Shown: positions 40,273 through 53,284 of the stretch, piece after piece
Layout: each line of letters opens with the position of its first letter
Numbering within the stretch: the stretch's first letter is position 1
Source of the DNA: the human T2T-CHM13v2.0 reference genome, Homo sapiens
Reading direction: 5' to 3' (one strand)
NCBI RefSeq assembly: GCF_009914755.1
Contig: NC_060932.1
DNA length: 64,000 nucleotides
Program-made: the position numbers and the translations under genes
The notes under the pieces: generated by a model
Seen by the model: the letters and a program-made list of their open reading frames with translations, nothing else
Database searches by the model: none
What the model was told of the DNA's origin: nothing

Positions 40273-41774
40273 AGTCACTCTTCCTAGACTGTGAGCTTTC
40301 TAAGATCAGGATTGGTGTCTTACTTACTTTCAACTCTAGTGTCTAGCCTATAGTAGAAGCCCAATGAATGAAATACTGTTTCTCTTGTAAAATATTCTGT
40401 TTTAGATTATTCCATCTCAATATTTATTGAAAAATACCACTCAGTATATGCTTCAGTCCTCATTATTTCAAAATGGTTCATTTCCAACTTGATAAAAATA
40501 AACAGTTCATGTTAATTGAGGTTTAGATTGAAATCCCTTGTTGGAATGTTGCTTAAAAGGCTTCATAATTACTACACATTTATCCTTTCAACAAGAAATC
40601 TCAAAACAATTTACTAAGAAAGCTATTACTTCATATTTTAGGCTGAGGTACAAAGAGATCAGCAACTTATTAAAGGTTAAATTATTCACTGATTGGGACT
40701 TGAGCTCCTCAGCCCCAGCCTCACAACTTTCTGTATAAACCCCCAAAGAGCAGGCAAAGGAAATGGTGTTCATAGATTCTGTGTACCCCGTGTACTTAGC
40801 ATAATCAGTTCACCTGTGTCAATTTCATTACCGTTTATAAATAGGGATGCTGCCTCATGGGAAAAGAAAAGCTTCCCTACTCTTTCCATCTTCAAGCAGG
40901 GTAATTCGCTATTCAAATCTATTCTGAAAGGGTACAGAATTTATTTCAGCCGGCTCTGAGAAAGCAAAGAGCTCCCTGCAGAAACAGCCCCTCTAGGGTT
41001 TGATCGGGGTTGAAAGTATCCTAGGTTGGGTGTTACACATCCCTCAGCCATTCATTCTGGCTGCCTTCTTCATCAGAACCGTGTTTGAAAATCCCTTTAT
41101 CTCCCTTTGACCCTGCTAGGCTGCTACCCAAAGGAATATACTCTAATCCTCCTCAGCCTGTCTGGAGAGATTTAGCTCTCAGTCAAAGGGCTTTCAAAGA
41201 AAAGATTTTCAGCAGTCCTGGAAGAGAAACGTATTGTCTATAAAGAAATTGGTCACATTTACTTGTTTTTGTGAGTGACTTGGAGATGCTTTGGGAAATT
41301 TATATACGTAATATATATACATCTATATCATATGCATATACATACTAAACATATGTATACATATACATATATGGATATTATCACTTCAATATTTCACTAT
41401 TTCAGGGAGAAGATAAGTCATAAATTTGTATAGACTTGAATAAAGCCAACTCCTTGTTCCAGAAGAGCTTGAATTAGGGGATATTCACACCAAAAAATGC
41501 TCTTTTGTTACTTTCCAACACAGAAGTGACTCAGATTAAAGAAATTGTGCCTAATGAAAGTCCTAAGGAAATTTGCTTTCATGCATAGAAAAGAATTGCC
41601 TAAAATTAGATTAACTGCATGATAATATAGAACAAATTTTCTTGAGGGCACTTTAAAATTTGACTTATCCTCTGTTTCTTTATCATTTAAAATATTTCTT
41701 TCACAAACATATTTACACTTTTAAATTGCACACCGTTTGTGTCTAAGAAAAGAAACAAATTGTGTCCTAGAAAT

Positions 41775-41980
41775 AAAACGCACTTTGGAATCATACCTCA
41801 GTGCAATTCCCACCTGGCCACTTGCTGGTTAGATGTACTTGGAGTGTTTTGTAACCTCTCAGAAATCTCAGATTCCTTTTCTGTAAGAATGATGAGAAAA
41901 TGCTTTTCTTGAGAGATTGTTGTGTGAATAAGATAACTAATGCACGCTGCCTGGCAGTTGGTAGAAATTTTAAAAATGTT
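41775..41980 (+). mobile_element. MIR SINE
   Basis: 'gcactttggaatcatacct...gccacttgctgg...taacctctcaga..ctcagattcctt.tctgtaagaatg'. Confidence 0.7.
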
Positions 41981-44564
41981 GCTTTCCCTTTTTAAGCCAA
42001 GTCTTGTCCCAGTTTCCCTAAATGCCAAAATAATTGAATTAAGAAGTTATTTACTCTGTGTTATTTATCTCTTCCTGTGCTCACTTATCTCCTTCTGTGT
42101 ATTCCCCATGGTCTAGGTATTTCATATATGTCTAACTAACTTCTCTAATGTTCAGTTTTTAAATTTGAATTGTGGTAAATTAGAAAAGAAAAGAGTTAAC
42201 TTTTGTACTTTTCTTTGGGAGGAAGAAATGTCAAATGACAATTACTGGAAAGCAGTCACTTTTTCCCCGTAACTCCAACACTATTACTAATTTAAAGACA
42301 TTCAAACTCACAGTTATATGAGTCAAATGGTAGAGACATACCTGAATTTGGGGATTAATATGATGAAATAAAGCATATTAAATTTTTCCCATCCCAATAC
42401 ATTTCTGTCTATCAGCTGTGAGACTTGAAATAGAACATCTGAATTCTCTGAGAATCCAGTTCTTCAATAACAAAATGAGAAAGTATTATTATAGGGATTG
42501 AAATCTGAAATCACTGCAGGGACCAGACAGACATTAATGAGATAAGTGGGCCAGTTGAGTATAATATTAGTTTCTAGTAGCTAATTCAAATTATTTTTTT
42601 AAAAGTGGCCCAAACAGTGACCTCCACTTCAGAGGTTCTTGTCGGTTTCTTCCTGATAGGATTTAAACCTTATTAGAAACAGTCCTTGTCTGTAATAAAT
42701 GACTTTAATAGATTCCCTTTCACAGAGCTCAATTTGTCTAATATTACAGGGGTCTTGTGAGAATCAAAAATTCTCAGAATTTTTGAACAGTGGAGATGAT
42801 CAAAGATATAGTGTATCTGTACAAAACCATAAGAAGGAGGGTGATAATGGAATGTTTCTGAAAGGTCATTTTGAGATCATAGATAACATTGCATTGCTTT
42901 CAAGGAGGAAATTTCAGTTCTTTGATATTGGTGACTCCCTGGAATTCTTCCCTGGACTTAGGAAACTCAGCATTACATGCACAAATAACCAATTTGTCTT
43001 GATCCTCTCTTCTTTCTCCAAAGGGACATATGACTATATGCATCTTTAAAGGAGAAAATATACATAATTTGAATATCTAATTGGCTGCCCTGTTTTCTGA
43101 ACTAGAGAAAGGGCAGAACCTGTGTACTTTTATAGGCTTTATCATTCCCAGTGATATTGCACTTAACATTTTTAAGTGAATACTTGATTTTTAGTGATTT
43201 ATAACCTGTGTATCTTTTTCTGTGAAGTGTGTTTATATGCACATAATTACTCTCATTCAGTGACATTAGAACTTACAGAAAACGAAATACATCACCCTGT
43301 CCTGACTAAACAAACAGTAATAGCTGGCTTGGAAACTGTATTAACTGAGCAACCCTGTAATATAACTTTCGAAGCCAATCTGTTTAATAAGACAAGACAG
43401 GAAAATGCACTTTTCAAGGATTCTTATTGGTGGTAAGAGAGTGTCTAGGAAACTAATAAAGCTATAATACAGTAACAATCACTTTATTATTAGATGTTAA
43501 AGAACATCAAGGAAGATTTATATCTTCTTTTAACTTTACCCTGAGACAGTTTCAAATTCAATTGCTGGGTTGTTTTAGAGTAAAACAGAAGTTCAAGAGG
43601 AGAATGCCTTTGAACAGGCTTATGAAAATTTGGAGTAGGTTTAATCATCTTCTGCTTTCTCCCAGAAGATTACTGACATGACTTAAGCAGCAGCATGTAC
43701 ACTGATTTCATCTTCAGAGAGGAGGAGAGATACTAAAAGCTCGTTATGAACAAATGCATTTGCATCAGCCTGCTTCACATTCAGAGAGTGAGTGCAGATG
43801 CACAACACAGAATCTGAAACAGAGCATTTAGAATGTAGAACATGGTGTGGCTTCTAATGTAATAAACAGAATTCTTAGAGCCTCAGGCTGTTAGCATAAA
43901 CGAGCTACTTCCTAACTGCAAACTTAACGCCCATGTTAAATAACTTTAAAATCTGCATGTGTATATGAGTAAGTAGTTTTTGAGTGAAAACCAGTGGATT
44001 CCTCTGTTTGGGGATTTATGTGCAATGTTTTTATTTTCTGAATATAGTCCATCTCTCGCTTCTTTGCTTTTCACATCCTGATTTCCAACCAAGCAAGACT
44101 ATTTCCAATTCCCTATACACTGAATTTGTTTTACCCTTACTTTGAGCCATTGATAACACTTTCTTATATTTCTAGAATGCCCTTCCTACACATTCGGTAA
44201 GCTTAAGTCTTAATTATCCTTTAAGGCCCAATTCAAGTATTAACTCCTTCTGAAAAACTTCACTGATCTTTGCAAATGGAAGTAGCATAACTCTTTTTGA
44301 ACATTAATAGCTTTAATATGTGCATAACGGTACCACTTTGTTTTATAGTATAGATATATATATATATTAATACATCATATTTCTTATTTCCCTTACTCGC
44401 TCCTCAAAGGCAGGACTCCAATTCAAGTTTGTACCTTTCACAGTACTGAAAATACCCTTTTATCCTTAATAGATTTCTCAGAAAATTCATCAGAGGAACT
44501 TAAAATTTCAATCACTGTTATTCTTTGGTATGGAGAAAAAAATCTTACATGATGGTAAGTTTTA

Positions 44565-44830
44565 ATTCATTTATTACACAAATATTTATTGGATGCCTGC
44601 TGAGTACCAAACTCTGTACTAGCACTGGGAATACACAGATGAACAAGATCACTTATATTCTACTGAATAAACAAGAAAACAAATAGAATTGTAAATAATA
44701 TCCCAAATTAAAATAAGATAATGTGATGGTAATGACAAAAGGAAGCAGTCTGTTATCTAAAACATCAGGGAACAGACATAACATTACAAGAAGAAAGATG
44801 AGATGAAAGAAAGGTACAAAGCATAAAATT
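44565..44830 (-). mobile_element. L2 3' end
   Basis: 'ttcatttatt..acaaatatttattggatgcctgctgagtacca..ctctgtactagcactgggaataca'. Confidence 0.7.
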
Positions 44831-44837
44831 TGACATA

Positions 44838-45000
44838 TGTGTTAGTCAGGGTTTGGACAGGAAAGTAGAAATCATTCCAGACATTTCAAGCAGAAAGGGA
44901 TTTAATACAGGGAATTAGAGGCTTTGAAAACCTTTGAAAAGGCTGGGGGATCAGAAGTTAGAGATTGTACCATCTAGCATTTGGAAAACCAACACTTAGA
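44838..45000 (-). mobile_element. old LTR fragment (family uncertain)
   Basis: 'tgtgttagtcagggttt...aggaaagtagaaatcattccagacatttcaagcagaaagggatttaatacagggaattag' is a typical LTR end. Confidence 0.45.
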
Positions 45001-45789
45001 GGAATCGAAGGAAACTGCCAACGAAATGTGTAACTCTCGGGTGGACACCTAAAAGCAAATACAGGTGATGTTACAACAGGCTTCTATACTGATAGAAATG
45101 ATCCAGGAGATAGGAATACACTGAGAATGCAGAGAGAAAGGTGTAAAATTTCAGATGTATATTCCCTGCAAAGTCTACAGGGGATGGGACCTAGAGTACA
45201 AGTGGAGGTGCTGACCTTTGATGGGAGTGAAGACATTTCATCTAGAGGTACACGGGTAGGCAGAGGATACTGGAATAGATGCAGGTGGCATTGTAAGTTA
45301 TGGAGTAGACAGAGGAGTGTGTTCCTTTCTGGTAGGTTCTATTTTATTTCCATGATGTATGTGAGGATGAGGTGGAGGAGGGTATTTCCCTGAAACTTTT
45401 AAGGAAGTCAGAGACTTTGTGAAGCTTCTGGAGTAAAAAGACCCCTCCCTGTTCTTGCTTGCGATTCAAGCTTTCCATGTGTCTTTTTGTGCTGTTTCTT
45501 GTTTACCTACTAAAAAGAATAAAGATTTGAGTACATTAGAAAGTAATATAAAAACGAATAAAAGCCAGTATAAAGAAAAGTAGACAAGACAATAGAAAAT
45601 GGATTCTGATTTATTTTTAAAATGTTTTAAAGACCAATAGAGACCTTTTACTTAAACTGAAAGACCTGAAATAAATTAATAATGCCCTGTGGATAAACAG
45701 AAAACCCTTTGCCTTGCCCCTTAGGCAAGAGTTTGAATTCCAAAGATGATGATAATTAAAATGATGATGATAATGATGCTGATGATGAC

Positions 45790-45982
45790 ATTTTTTTGAG
45801 CACCCACTATGTGCCAAGCACTTCATATAGAATTAATTTTCCATTTAATTATCTCAATGCTCTATTTTATAGATAAAGAAACTGAAACACAGAGAAGTTA
45901 AGTAACTCATCCAAGTAAATAAAGCTGGTAAGCTTAAAACTCTAGACATTGACTCCAGAGGTCCCTCTCTTAATGACTACAA
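45790..45982 (-). mobile_element. MIR SINE
   Basis: 'ttgagcacccactatgtgccaagcact...attttatagataaagaaactgaaacacagagaagttaagtaactcatccaag'. Confidence 0.85.
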
Positions 45983-46534
45983 TTTATTAGCTCCCATTTT
46001 CATGTGTGCCTGTATCATAGACACACAAAGCCGTCTGTTTATCTGACCTGCAAGTCAAGCCAGTCTTTCTTGTCAGCTAACTGGAGACTGACCAGACAAG
46101 GGTTATGTTGGAAAAAAACAAAGCCGCAGGATTCACGCAGACTAGGGTAGGAATTACAGATTGGCCACATACTCACCACTCATCTTGAGAAAATCATTTA
46201 ATTTTTTTGAGTCTCAGTTTTCTTAGCCATAAAGATGGAGAAAATATCAATGCCCTTACTAGCATTAATGGAAAGATTAAATGAGACAATCTTTGTTCAG
46301 CTTATGGAAGATTTCTTCCTTTCTTGTCAATGTGAATAAAATGGGTCCTATTCATCTTTATGTTACCTAAATAATCTACTAAACACCTTGCAGATAGTGT
46401 TTAATAAATATGAGACAAGGGATGAATGGATAGATTAATGGATCATCATCTTAAGGTTATGGTAGCTTTAAAAAAAAGAAATAAAAGAAAGGTATAGGTG
46501 GGGAAGAGGTATATTGACTCACTGACTATCTATT

Positions 46535-46862
46535 ATGCCTGCCCTAGCCTCACATTTCTTAGCCCTTTGCAGTAGGGCAGCACAGTATGACCAGTTTTGG
46601 CCAATGAGCTGTAACCATAATGATGTGTGTGACTTCGGGCCCAGATATTTAGGAGCCATTGAATGATTATTGTAGATTTCTCTTGCTTTGCTGCAGCAAT
46701 TGTGGAGTACCTAATTCAGACCAAACAGCCACAGGATGGGAGCAGCCAGGATGACTAAATCGCTATTGGTAAAAACTGGCCCTGTAGTTAAAGGATTCCC
46801 AGATTTTGAATAAGCTATGACTTTATTGAACTAATTTGTTTCTGCAGCATAACCAACCTTAT
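46535..46862 (+). mobile_element. old MLT1 (I/J-like) LTR
   Basis: 'cacatttcttagccctttgcagtaggg...tatgaccagttttggccaatgag...tgtgtgacttc...tttgtttctgcagcataacc'. Confidence 0.6.
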
Positions 46863-48299
46863 CTTGCCCCATATAAAAAGCTAGGTTTTTTTTTGTGGGG
46901 GGCGGGGCACAAAATCATCTTTCTGACATACCAAATTGTTGAATTTCAAACTGAACTCAAAATCATTAGAAAAAATGTCAAGGATAAAATAAATAAATAA
47001 AATTTCAACAGAGAAAATGCTTTGGATAAAATTTGGTGGTTTCAATAGCTTAATAGAAGTTACTGATGCTGTATAAAAACACAATTTAAAAGGTGTCATC
47101 TAATTAGCTGTAAAATTTGTATTTTGGGGTATTAGAATATTTTGTTGAACCCCATCTTATTATATACTTCAGAATATCAGGTATAAAGAGATCTCAAAGG
47201 ACATAGAGTATGACCTCTATCTTACTGATGAAAAAACTTGAGGCTTAGAGTGGTTAATCAAGTTCTCATGGTGACTCAGCAACTCAGGGGCAGAGCTGAG
47301 CTAAATACCCATCTGTGGCCCCTCACCATCATTTCAGCTCTACACTGGAGACTTTTTCCATTGTTTTGATTGCCTCATGATATCTGTGTGCTCTGAAAGA
47401 GTTAATGTGCCTTCCAAAGGGCTTTTTTTAAGCTCTGCAGAGAGCCAAACTGGATAAAAGCCAGCAGAGTATTCTGTTCCATCCTTCTTGAGGGTTCTTA
47501 TCCAGAAAATGATAGAAGATGGAAGTTATCCAGAGAGGGTCTCAGTGAAATACTTGTAGGAGAAAAATAAAAAAGAATTCTAGCTACTCAATTTAGAAAT
47601 TTACATAAGTCTTTCGAATATTGATGTCAGTGAGGTCAGCAGTTCTCTCAGGAGGGTAATGGGATCATGCCTTAATTCTCTTCATTTTTTATTTTTGAAG
47701 TTCTACCACTTGATATATCTGAGTGAGTCAGCAGAAAGTGAATCTTGTTAAGGAGATGGTCTGTGAAATGCAGTGTTTATCACATGGTGATTACTTATCT
47801 GTTTGGAGCACTTTTCAAAGTTTTCTGAAGTGCCTAACTTTCTCTTCCCTGATTCTTTCTGCTTCCTTAAGAAAATTGTTCTAAGGCCCCTATCTAAAGT
47901 ACCTAGCATATGCCTTCAAAAAACTCCAGAGATTTGGTTATGTACAATAATAGGAACAGGTGTTAATTCTACATATTTGTCACACTTCAGATTTTCAGAA
48001 ACTCCTGATTAATTTTGGTCTTTGGAATAGCAAATGTCTTACGTGTAAAAATAAAGCAAAAAAAATAGCCTGTGGTTACAAATGTTGTCTCCATGAAGGC
48101 ATCCATAATCATGAGAGGAAGTATCTCATGATTAGTAAAAAGCTGTAGTTTCCCAGGAGAGTATGGAATAACCATTATAAGTATGTTAGATTTTTGTGTT
48201 TTGATTTAGTTTTCTTATTTAGTTTGTTATGAGTTTTATCAATGAAAAAAATCAATTAATTTCAACAGATAGAGAAAAATTAATATGGCTCTTTCAATA

Positions 48300-48845
48300 A
48301 TTATTACTGGCATTTCCAAATCATTGCATACTGTTTAATTCCTGAGAATCCGATTGAGGCTTTCCTATCTCGAGTCAAACAAGAACGTGTATTCACATCC
48401 TAATGTAATTCTGCTATCAAACTTCTGAATGTTTGCAAATTAAAAAGATGAAAGTATTTCAAAGCTTTCATTTGCTCTGATTATTAGTGATATTGTTAGC
48501 GCTATTAAGCATCTTTTTGTATGGGTGTGTGGCCATTGTGTTTTGTCTTCTGTGATTTGCCTTCTCCTGATTTATTTCTTACCTCTTTGGCTTGTTTTTT
48601 TTTTCCCCATTGGTTTACAGGATTTCTTTAAGCATCATTACCTTCTTTATGGGTAGGTGGCAAATCTTTTTCCCCAAGTAGTCATTTACATTTTAACTTC
48701 ACGTGTGGCTTCTTTGACTACATCAAGGTTCTTGTTTGTCATATAGCCAAATATGTCAGTCTTTTATTTTATGGCTTCTGGGTTTGGTTCATGCTTAGAA
48801 AGACCTTCCCCATCTCAAGATAGACAAATATTCTTTTAAATTTTC
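48300..48845 (-). mobile_element. ancient L1M fragment
   Basis: 'tttcatttgctctgattattagtga...gcatctttttgtatg...atgcttagaaagaccttccccatctcaagat'. Confidence 0.7.
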
Positions 48846-48899
48846 TTCCGGTATTTTCCCAGATGTCTCTGGTGCCAGCCCTGTGCATATCCAAATGAC

Positions 48900-49095
48900 C
48901 ACAGTACAGACTTAGTAAAGAGTACAAACTCCAGAGCCAGGTTGCTTTGATTCACATGCCAGCTGCAGTGATTACTAACTGTGTAACCTTGAACATCTGG
49001 AAAGGACCAATAATAGTTCATATATCCTGAAGTTGTGGTGGGAATTAATAAATTTTCATTTATATATTTAGAATGATGTTCCACAAATATTAACT
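48900..49095 (+). mobile_element. MIR SINE
   Basis: 'gtaaagagtacaaactccagagccag...ttactaactgtgtaaccttgaaca...gttgtggtgggaattaa'. Confidence 0.7.
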
Positions 49096-49894
49096 ATGTA
49101 AAGGTACAGAACATCATTTATCTCTGGGAGCCTAGCACAAGCATGCTTTCTGGCATATAGTTCAAAACTCTGATAATAAAAGATTAATCAATTTATTCAA
49201 ATTATGTTTACCCCTTCTGCCTTTTCATCAGTTATTTATTACTAAGTCTATCTGGCCACAGTCCACATAACCATTTCTTAGCATAAATAGCTGTCTGATT
49301 CTCAGTTGATCTTGGGGCTCTTAGAAGCAACTTATGAAATTGCTTTGCAGAAAGATTTAAACCAACCTATGGGTGACTAAAATGTGGACTTTCCTCACAT
49401 ACCCATCATGGCCACAATTCTTTGAAAGGCAATGAACATTTGTTAGCCTGAAGGCATAAACAAGGATCTTACATCTTTCTTTCTCAAGTTTTATTGATGT
49501 ATTTTCATCTCGCAGTCTCTACCCAGTAGTTCAATGATGATTGCCATGGTTATTGGAAATATACTCCCCATTCTTTGGTACTGATAATTCAGAAGCCAAA
49601 CCATGGGGTAGGGGAAGTTTGTTTTTTTGTTTTTTGTTTTTTATTTTGCCCTGGAGGATCTTACAGCTTTACAAGAAAGAAGAAAATGAAATTGAAAGGA
49701 CATAAAATACAAAACCTCAAAACTCTGTGTGACAGAGTTGTTGATGCTATTCACAGAATAGAAGCCAGGAACCAGGGCAGCGTATCCCTCAATTTATCAG
49801 ATATCTTTCTTCCAACCCATGTCAGAATTGTACAGACTCAACTGGTTGCTTTAGCTCCATGTGCCATTCACTTTTCATGAGCCACTAATGCTAC

Positions 49895-49916
49895 AAAAAA
49901 AAAAAAAAAAAAAAAA
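49895..49916. repeat. poly(A)22
   Basis: Directly visible run. Confidence 0.95.
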
Positions 49917-50864
49917 GGCTTTTCCCTCTTTCACTGTTGTATATTCTTTCCAGCCAGGGCAACAAACCACACAGGCTAGCTGTCATAGAACCCACTCCAG
50001 TTGTCTTCCGGGTTTTGATCTTTCTACAAATAGATAGAAACTAGGAGAAGTTTGAAAATTTTTTCCTGCTCCGAAAACCTGACCGCAAGCTATTTTCCTT
50101 CCTTGACCGCAAAATAATTTCTATCTTGATGTCAGAAGTTCAACTTTACCTTGTTCCTTCTCAATTATTTCTTAGGGTAAAATTTTATTTTCTCTTGCTG
50201 GATGGATGCCTCAACCTCGGTAGAGAGAAGATCATGAACCTAAAAATGCAAAGGAGATAAGGGCATTCATATTTTTCCAAAATGTTATCCTGACTAAAAA
50301 TGTATAGTGGCTCTAAGGCAACTATCAGGGATGTCGTATGAAGTGCACAATAACTGAGAGGGTCAGGAAGTCAGAGCAGTGTTGTGGGAAAAACAATTTG
50401 ATAAGAACCTTGAGGCCTAGGAGGAAGCATTTTACTTTAATTTGTTGGAAAACTAGAAGCTTTTTAAAAGTTTTTTAAAAGAAGGGGTATTCTGATCAAA
50501 ATGACACTTTGGAAAAGGAATCTAATACTTCATATAAAAACAGGGCATGTAATGTTAAGGGTAAGAATGAAACATAGTAAGAAGTAGTAGAATAACTGAG
50601 AGTCTCATAAAATCATTCTGGAAAAATATAAGTGGTTCTGGCCTGAACAAGCCTTGCAGATCACATGGAGGAATGGGCACAAGATTATTGCTCCATTGGA
50701 AAACAATAATTAATAAACTAACATATACCTCAAAGACTATATGTCACAGAGTTACTAAGGTTATATAGAAAACTGAAGTCAGGAAAAGAGCAGTATAATT
50801 CTCAATTCATCTGATATACTCCCCTACCTTTATCTCATTCCTTTTTCTTAGTGACCAGTAAATG

Positions 50865-51028
50865 GTAGTGATCGTGTGAGGTAGGTACTATGATCATCCC
50901 CATTTTACAGATGCATGGAGGAATCCTGGGGAGTTTAAATAATTTGTTCAGGATCATAGACTTAGGAAGTGGCAAAGCCAGAATTTGATCAAGACTCTGT
51001 GACTCTGGAGCCTGTACATTAAACTACT
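50865..51028 (-). mobile_element. MIR SINE
   Basis: 'gtgaggtaggtactatgatcatccccattttacagatg...ggaagtggcaaagccagaatttga...tgactctggagcctg'. Confidence 0.85.
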
Positions 51029-52061
51029 AGTCTTTCAGGTCTCTGTAGAGACCTTCTCTGATTAAAGAAGAAATTAGGGACTTGGGATGAATTGGCTGCA
51101 ATGGACAGTAAGGAAAAAGATTTGAGATGACATCAATGTTGCTAATTGAGTGGGAGTGCCAAGGATGGAGATAGAGAATTGATAGTTTAATAGGGGAGAT
51201 ATTTAAGCTCTTCAGTCCTTCAACAGTCATTTCTTGAGGGCCTACCAGGCACCAGCATCCACCAAGCATTGTGCAGGTTTATGGAGATAAGAAGGTAAAG
51301 GAGGTTTCCTGTCTTCAAGGAGTTCAAACTAGCAGGGTGGTTCAACTCTTTATTTTATTTATCACCATAATTAATCTGTTTAAATTTAATACCTCATGCA
51401 AAGCATGCAGATCAAGGTAAACATCTAGGGTACTATCAGTGCTCAGAGGAATGTGCCTACCTGAGAAAGGGATCAGTTAGACTTCTTAGACAAAGTGATG
51501 CACAAGGTAAGTCATAATGTACAGTAAATGACATTAAATGGTAAGGTTGGTACATTCTCCTGAACAGGAGAATATGCCAGGAGCAGGAATGGCATGTACA
51601 AAGGGACATAGGTAAGTTGGACTGTGCAGGGTGACCATGGCACAATCTTGGGCTTCATCCAGAAGAGAACAAAGCCCCATCACAGAGTTTTAAGCAAGTC
51701 AGGCTCATGGTTCGTTTTGCATTTTGGCTAGATCTCTCTGGCAAATGTGCAGATGCTATATTTGAGTGGGATAATACTAGGAGTAGGGAGGCATATTGAG
51801 AAGTTCTTCTACAAGTCCAGAAAAGATGACAATAGCTTGAACCCAGAAAGTAGCAAATGACTTTGGAGAAAAAGGCTAGATGAGAGAATTAATCAGATAC
51901 AAAGTTTGGCAATTGGTTGGGTGAGGGGGCAAATGGTGGGGGTGAAGTCAAGGATAACAAGCTGTGTTGTCTATGTGATAGTGGTGTCACAAAACAAGTT
52001 AGAAAGTATGAGCAGAGAAAGGCTTTCATAGAATCAAATGACGAGTTCAGTTTGGGATATT

Positions 52062-53284
52062 GGATTAGTTAATATCTAGGGCTGCCATAACAAACTACTA
52101 CAAACTTGGTGGTTTAAAATAATAGAATTTTATTCCCTCAAAGTTCTGGAGGCCAGAAGTCCAAAGTCAAGGTGTCAACAGGGTTGTATTTTTCTTGAAG
52201 ACAAGAGGGAGACTTCGTTCCATATCTCTCTCCTAGATTTTGATGGCTGCCAGCAATTCTTAGTGTTCCTTGGCTTGGAGACATAGCTTTCCCATCTGTG
52301 CCTCTGTCTTCACATGGTCTTCTCCCCTATGTCTGTGTGTCTTCTTTTTTTTCTTTTCTCTCCTATAAGGATACCTGTAATTGAATTTAGGTCACACCCT
52401 AATCCAGGATGATCTCATCTCGAGAACATTACCTCAATTCCATCTACAAGGACCCTTATTCCACATAAAGTCACATTCTGAGTTTCTGGGGGGCATATCA
52501 TTTTGATAGCAGCAAGAGGCAGTCAAATGTCCAGGTAGGTAGGGACAGGTCCCGGGTGAAACTCCACCTTCAAGCAAAAGACAGTTCAAAGCCTGAAAGC
52601 CAAGCTACAAGTCAAATCCACAGACCAGATTTAGAATATCTCTTCCTGTTTGTCGTGCTTTCTTCTGATTGATCCTCAGCCTTCACCTATTTTACACATA
52701 TCTACACTTCCCTAATTGGTTTTTTCACATTGTTGTGCTCACCTTTGAGTGGTGTCTTCGTTTTAGCTTTTTTGCATACTCACAAACCAATCAGCATGCA
52801 CTCCCCCATTCTGAGCCCACAAAAGTCCTGGACCCAGCTACACTGGAGGAAGAGACCACCTGACTTTGGATGCAGGAATCACCCTTGCATCCCCTCTACA
52901 CTGACAGCTGTTCTGTCGCTCAATAAAGTTCTTCTCCGCCCTCCTTACCCTTCAATTGTGAGCATAATCCCATTATTCTTGAACATGAGACAAGGTCTTG
53001 GGAACCACTGAATGTGGGTATGAGCTGTAACACAGGTGGGCTGGGGCATACCCGGCCCAGCCATGGGCTGAGCGAGGATCCTGTGATGAGTGCGTGCAAG
53101 ATCCAGTCTGGTGTGCAAGCCAAGCACAGCCCAGTGGGCCTAGTTGACAGGGTGCCTCCTGTGGCAGGCCTGGGGCCAAGCAAGGCCTGGGTGGAGATGT
53201 CGCCAGCCACGGAGGTCCCCAGCTGGAAAAGTGACCAGGAAAAGTCCTGCAGCATTTTGGGGGTTCACTATTCAAGTCACTACA
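52062..53284 (-). mobile_element. MLT1B/C solo LTR split by an ERV1 LTR
   Basis: 'ctagggctgccataacaaactactacaaacttggtgg...gttctggaggccagaagtccaa...cctaatccaggatgatctcatctcgaga...catatc' resumes at 53255 'ttttgggggttcactattcaagtcactaca'. Confidence 0.88.
52504..53254 (+). mobile_element. ERV1 solo LTR (MER50/LTR27/LTR1 group)
   Basis: TG...CA ends ('tgatagcagcaagaggcag...gtcctgcagca'), CCAAT boxes, AATAAA at 52922; 4-bp flanks attt/tttt; exact subfamily uncertain. Confidence 0.8.

Noticed and set aside
49895-49916. Orphan poly(A)22 (and poly(T)18 at 4651) as a processed pseudogene tail
   Set aside because: No TSD, no adjacent polyA signal and no recognisable retrocopy body.
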